This document shows positions 61,488-64,000 of a stretch of 64,000 nt of DNA, in pieces; within the stretch, counting starts at the first letter, position 1; each line of letters opens with the position of its first letter. The notes beneath the pieces are model-generated. The model worked only from the letters and a program-made list of their open reading frames with translations, ran no database searches and was not told the origin of the DNA. A program made the position numbers and the translations under genes. Source of the stretch: Laetmonice hystrix (Eukaryota); assembly GCA_965235115.1 (NCBI GenBank), contig OZ249441.1, forward strand, positions 27,218,001 to 27,282,000, written 5' to 3'.

Positions 61488-64000
61488 TCACGGTGTAGTC
61501 ATTTTCTGAGGCTTCACATAGATCAGGTTAGAAGAGCCCTTTGTCGCACTTTGCATCTTGTTGCTCTGATCGGGAGGGGTTCTGTCCTCAGTTTTCTGTC
61601 CCTCATTCTCAGGCCCCTGATTTGGAGGGTCTTGCTGGGATGCACTCTCAGCAATTTTCAGACTCTGATCAAACAAACATTCTGGACGCTGGATTCTGAT
61701 CAGCAGTTGCCAAGATGCCAACAGACACATTGCACCAGTATTGTTCACATGGACCCCATCACGCCTATAAAGGCAACTGTCGTGCCAATTGGTGTTAACG
61801 TCATGATCAATAATGAAATACTTCAGCCCACTCTCGCGCAGATAACGTTCCACTAAGCCATTTGCCTCTAAGCGAAGGTGTTCTGTCTTGTCAAACGTTG
61901 GGTTGACACCAAAGTTTCCGTGACGAACTAGAATATTGGACCAGACCAGCACGACCTCTGGTACCAACCTAGAGATGTCTTTGATCATCTGCTGAATGCT
62001 TTGATTGATCTTTTCTTGATCAAATCGTACCAGGTCCTCAGTTCCTACATGAAGGATCATCACTTCTGGTTTCAAGGGCTGGAACTTTTTTAGGAGGTCT
62101 TCCAGAGTTTTTCCCACAGATGAGAACTGCAGGGTTGGGTACGCTAAATAACGGATGCATGAATTGGATGCATTTTGGGTGAGACCATTTTGGCTGGTGG
62201 CCGCCATCTGGGTAACGAGATATATCGTGGCATCACCAAGAATCCACACCTGACGTCGTTCACTGGCTGTTTAAGTGCAAAAAAAAATCATTGATTATAA
62301 AGCATTGCCAAAAATTGCGATTAAAGAAAAACGTATACGCTCACAAGGTCACTCAATGTAAACGGAAATAGCGACAAATGAAACTTAATATGACTACCTT
62401 ACCTTAGTTTATAGACAGTATATGGTTACCTTATATTTAATCGGAACATTAATGTTTTTGAGATATCGCTGGGGTGGGGGCTAAAAACTTTCTATCCAAC
62501 ATTCATTGCAGGTATTATTTTCAGAGTTTTGGAGCCAGGACTCATTATTATATAATATGCAACCTTCACTGACCTTTCAAGGTCACTGAAAGTAAAGAAC
62601 ATTAGTTTTAAGATAAATATCTCATACGATTTCTAATTTGTGAATTACAGTATAACCTGCACCCTCTTGTTTTTTTTCAAGCTATAGGCCAAAATAGCAT
62701 GCGTTACATATTATGGAGAGGAAATAGAACAAATATGGCCATAAATTAGTGTAAAATGTCAACGTTGTATACACTTCTAGGAAATCACTGACCATGGCTA
62801 TACAGAAAAACGTAAGTCCAAACAGATGGATGTACGGATCGAAGACAAATCGTACTCCCCTTGAAATTGATGGCTGACAGCAAATCCTTATTAGACAGTT
62901 TCCCACATGAACAATAACATTTCCTGAGACGTCAAATTATATTCTGTATTCCCTCTTTCTCAAAAAGATGCCATACAAAAATGTTTCCTTACGTGTCATA
63001 TAATCAAAGTTACAACACATGTCCATAGAATTATATTATATACTTACAACCCTTTCCATTCCAGAGCAGCAGTGGTGGCGGAATGTCGCTCTCATCAAGC
63101 CTCGTCAGGGCAGTTTGTAGTTTTCCACCAGTCCAACCTGGCTTTTTATTTTCCTTAACAGGCCAATCCTTTTCGCGCGTATATTCCACCTTCTCTTTTA
63201 TCATGGCTCTATATGCTGCAGGATTATTCAGTTCCTCCGCAGATATACGCGACGTCTGAAAAGGAAGCATTGCTTGCCTTTCTTTTCGACTAGGCTTTGA
63301 TCCTTGGGAACCAGGCATTGGTCTTTGTGGTCCGGGTCCTTGTGGCATTGGATCTTGTTTTCTGGTCTCATGTGGCAGTGATCCTTGTGGACTGTCCCCA
63401 TGTGGCATTGGCCCTTGCGGACCGAGCCCATGTGACACTTGTCCTTGTGGACCTGGCCCATGTGGCATCGGTCCTTGCAGACCTGTCCCGTGTGGCATTG
63501 GTCCTTGTGGGCCTGGCCCATGTGGCATTGGTCCTTGTGGACCTGGTCCATGTGGCATTGGTCCTTGGGGACCGGGCCCATGGAACATTGGTCCTTGTGG
63601 ACTGGGCCCATAGGGCACTGGTCCTTGTGGACCAGGCCCATGGGGCATTGGTCCTTGCGGACCAGGCCCATGTGGCATTGGTCCTTGGGGACCGGGCCCA
63701 TGGGGCATTGGTCCTTGGGGACCGGGGCCACATGGCATTGGTCCTTGTGGACCGGGGCCACCTGGCATAGGTCCCTGGGGACCGGGTCCATATGGCATTG
63801 GTCCTTGTGGACCCGGCCCAGGTGGCATTGGTCTGGGTGGCATAGGGCCACGAAACATTGGTACAGGTTGCATAGCCCAAGGTGGCATAGCCCTAGGAGG
63901 CATTGTTCCTGGGGGCATGGAGCGAGGTGGCATTGACCCAAGTGGTATAGCCCCAGGCGGCACAGCTCCTGGGGGAAAAGCCCCTGGTGGCATGGCTCCA
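61488..64000 (-). CDS. Pro/Gly/Met repeat protein with C-terminal SGNH/GDSL hydrolase-like domain; 5' end beyond the window
   Basis: Exon >64000-63048 (donor T|GTAAGT, phase 1) joins in frame to exon 62266-61488 (acceptor TTAAACAG). SGNH blocks VWILGDAT, ILHVGTED, VWSNILVR, DGVHVN. AATAAA on the minus strand at 61277-61282. Confidence 0.85.
63310..63993 (-). repeat. Coding tandem repeats: 17 x 30-nt GPGPQGPMPH units (63310-63819) preceded by ~11 MPPxx pentapeptides
   Basis: Read directly from the translation; the repeat explains the overlapping ORFs called in the other frames. Confidence 0.9.

Noticed and set aside
62682-62925. Extra exon between the repeat exon and the SGNH exon
   Set aside because: Splicing from the phase-1 donor creates an immediate TGA, while direct 63048->62266 splicing is in frame.
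63228-63941. Four overlapping ORFs in other frames and on the other strand
   Set aside because: They are by-products of the 30-nt stop-free repeat; only the Pro/Gly frame continues into unique coding sequence and a donor site.

Overview
AT-rich, intron-containing animal genomic DNA. It is most likely a marine deuterostome invertebrate such as an echinoderm; this is an inference from gene content, actin intron positions and repeat style. From left to right I can assemble by hand, with consistent GT-AG phases: (1) the 3' five exons of UTP14; (2) an orphan 341-aa single-exon ORF; (3) two tandem, highly divergent six-exon actin-like genes that have lost the actin ATPase residues; (4) a ~3.1-kb tandem array of a tRNA-derived Pol III unit (A box, B box, T4), with a decayed solo copy at ~44 kb interrupted by a Harbinger-type MITE; (5) a 22-exon, ~1696-aa adhesion GPCR carrying four chitin-binding (CBM14-like) domains, a mucin stalk, HRM, GAIN/GPS (HL|T) and 7TM; (6) on the minus strand, a three-finger matrin/U1-type zinc-finger gene and, upstream of it, a Pro/Gly repeat protein ending in an SGNH-hydrolase domain with a Ser->Ala nucleophile change. 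These last two may be alternative products of one gene. Many small MITEs are present and TAGGCCTA is strongly enriched in clusters. All gene models are manual, and no database searches were run.
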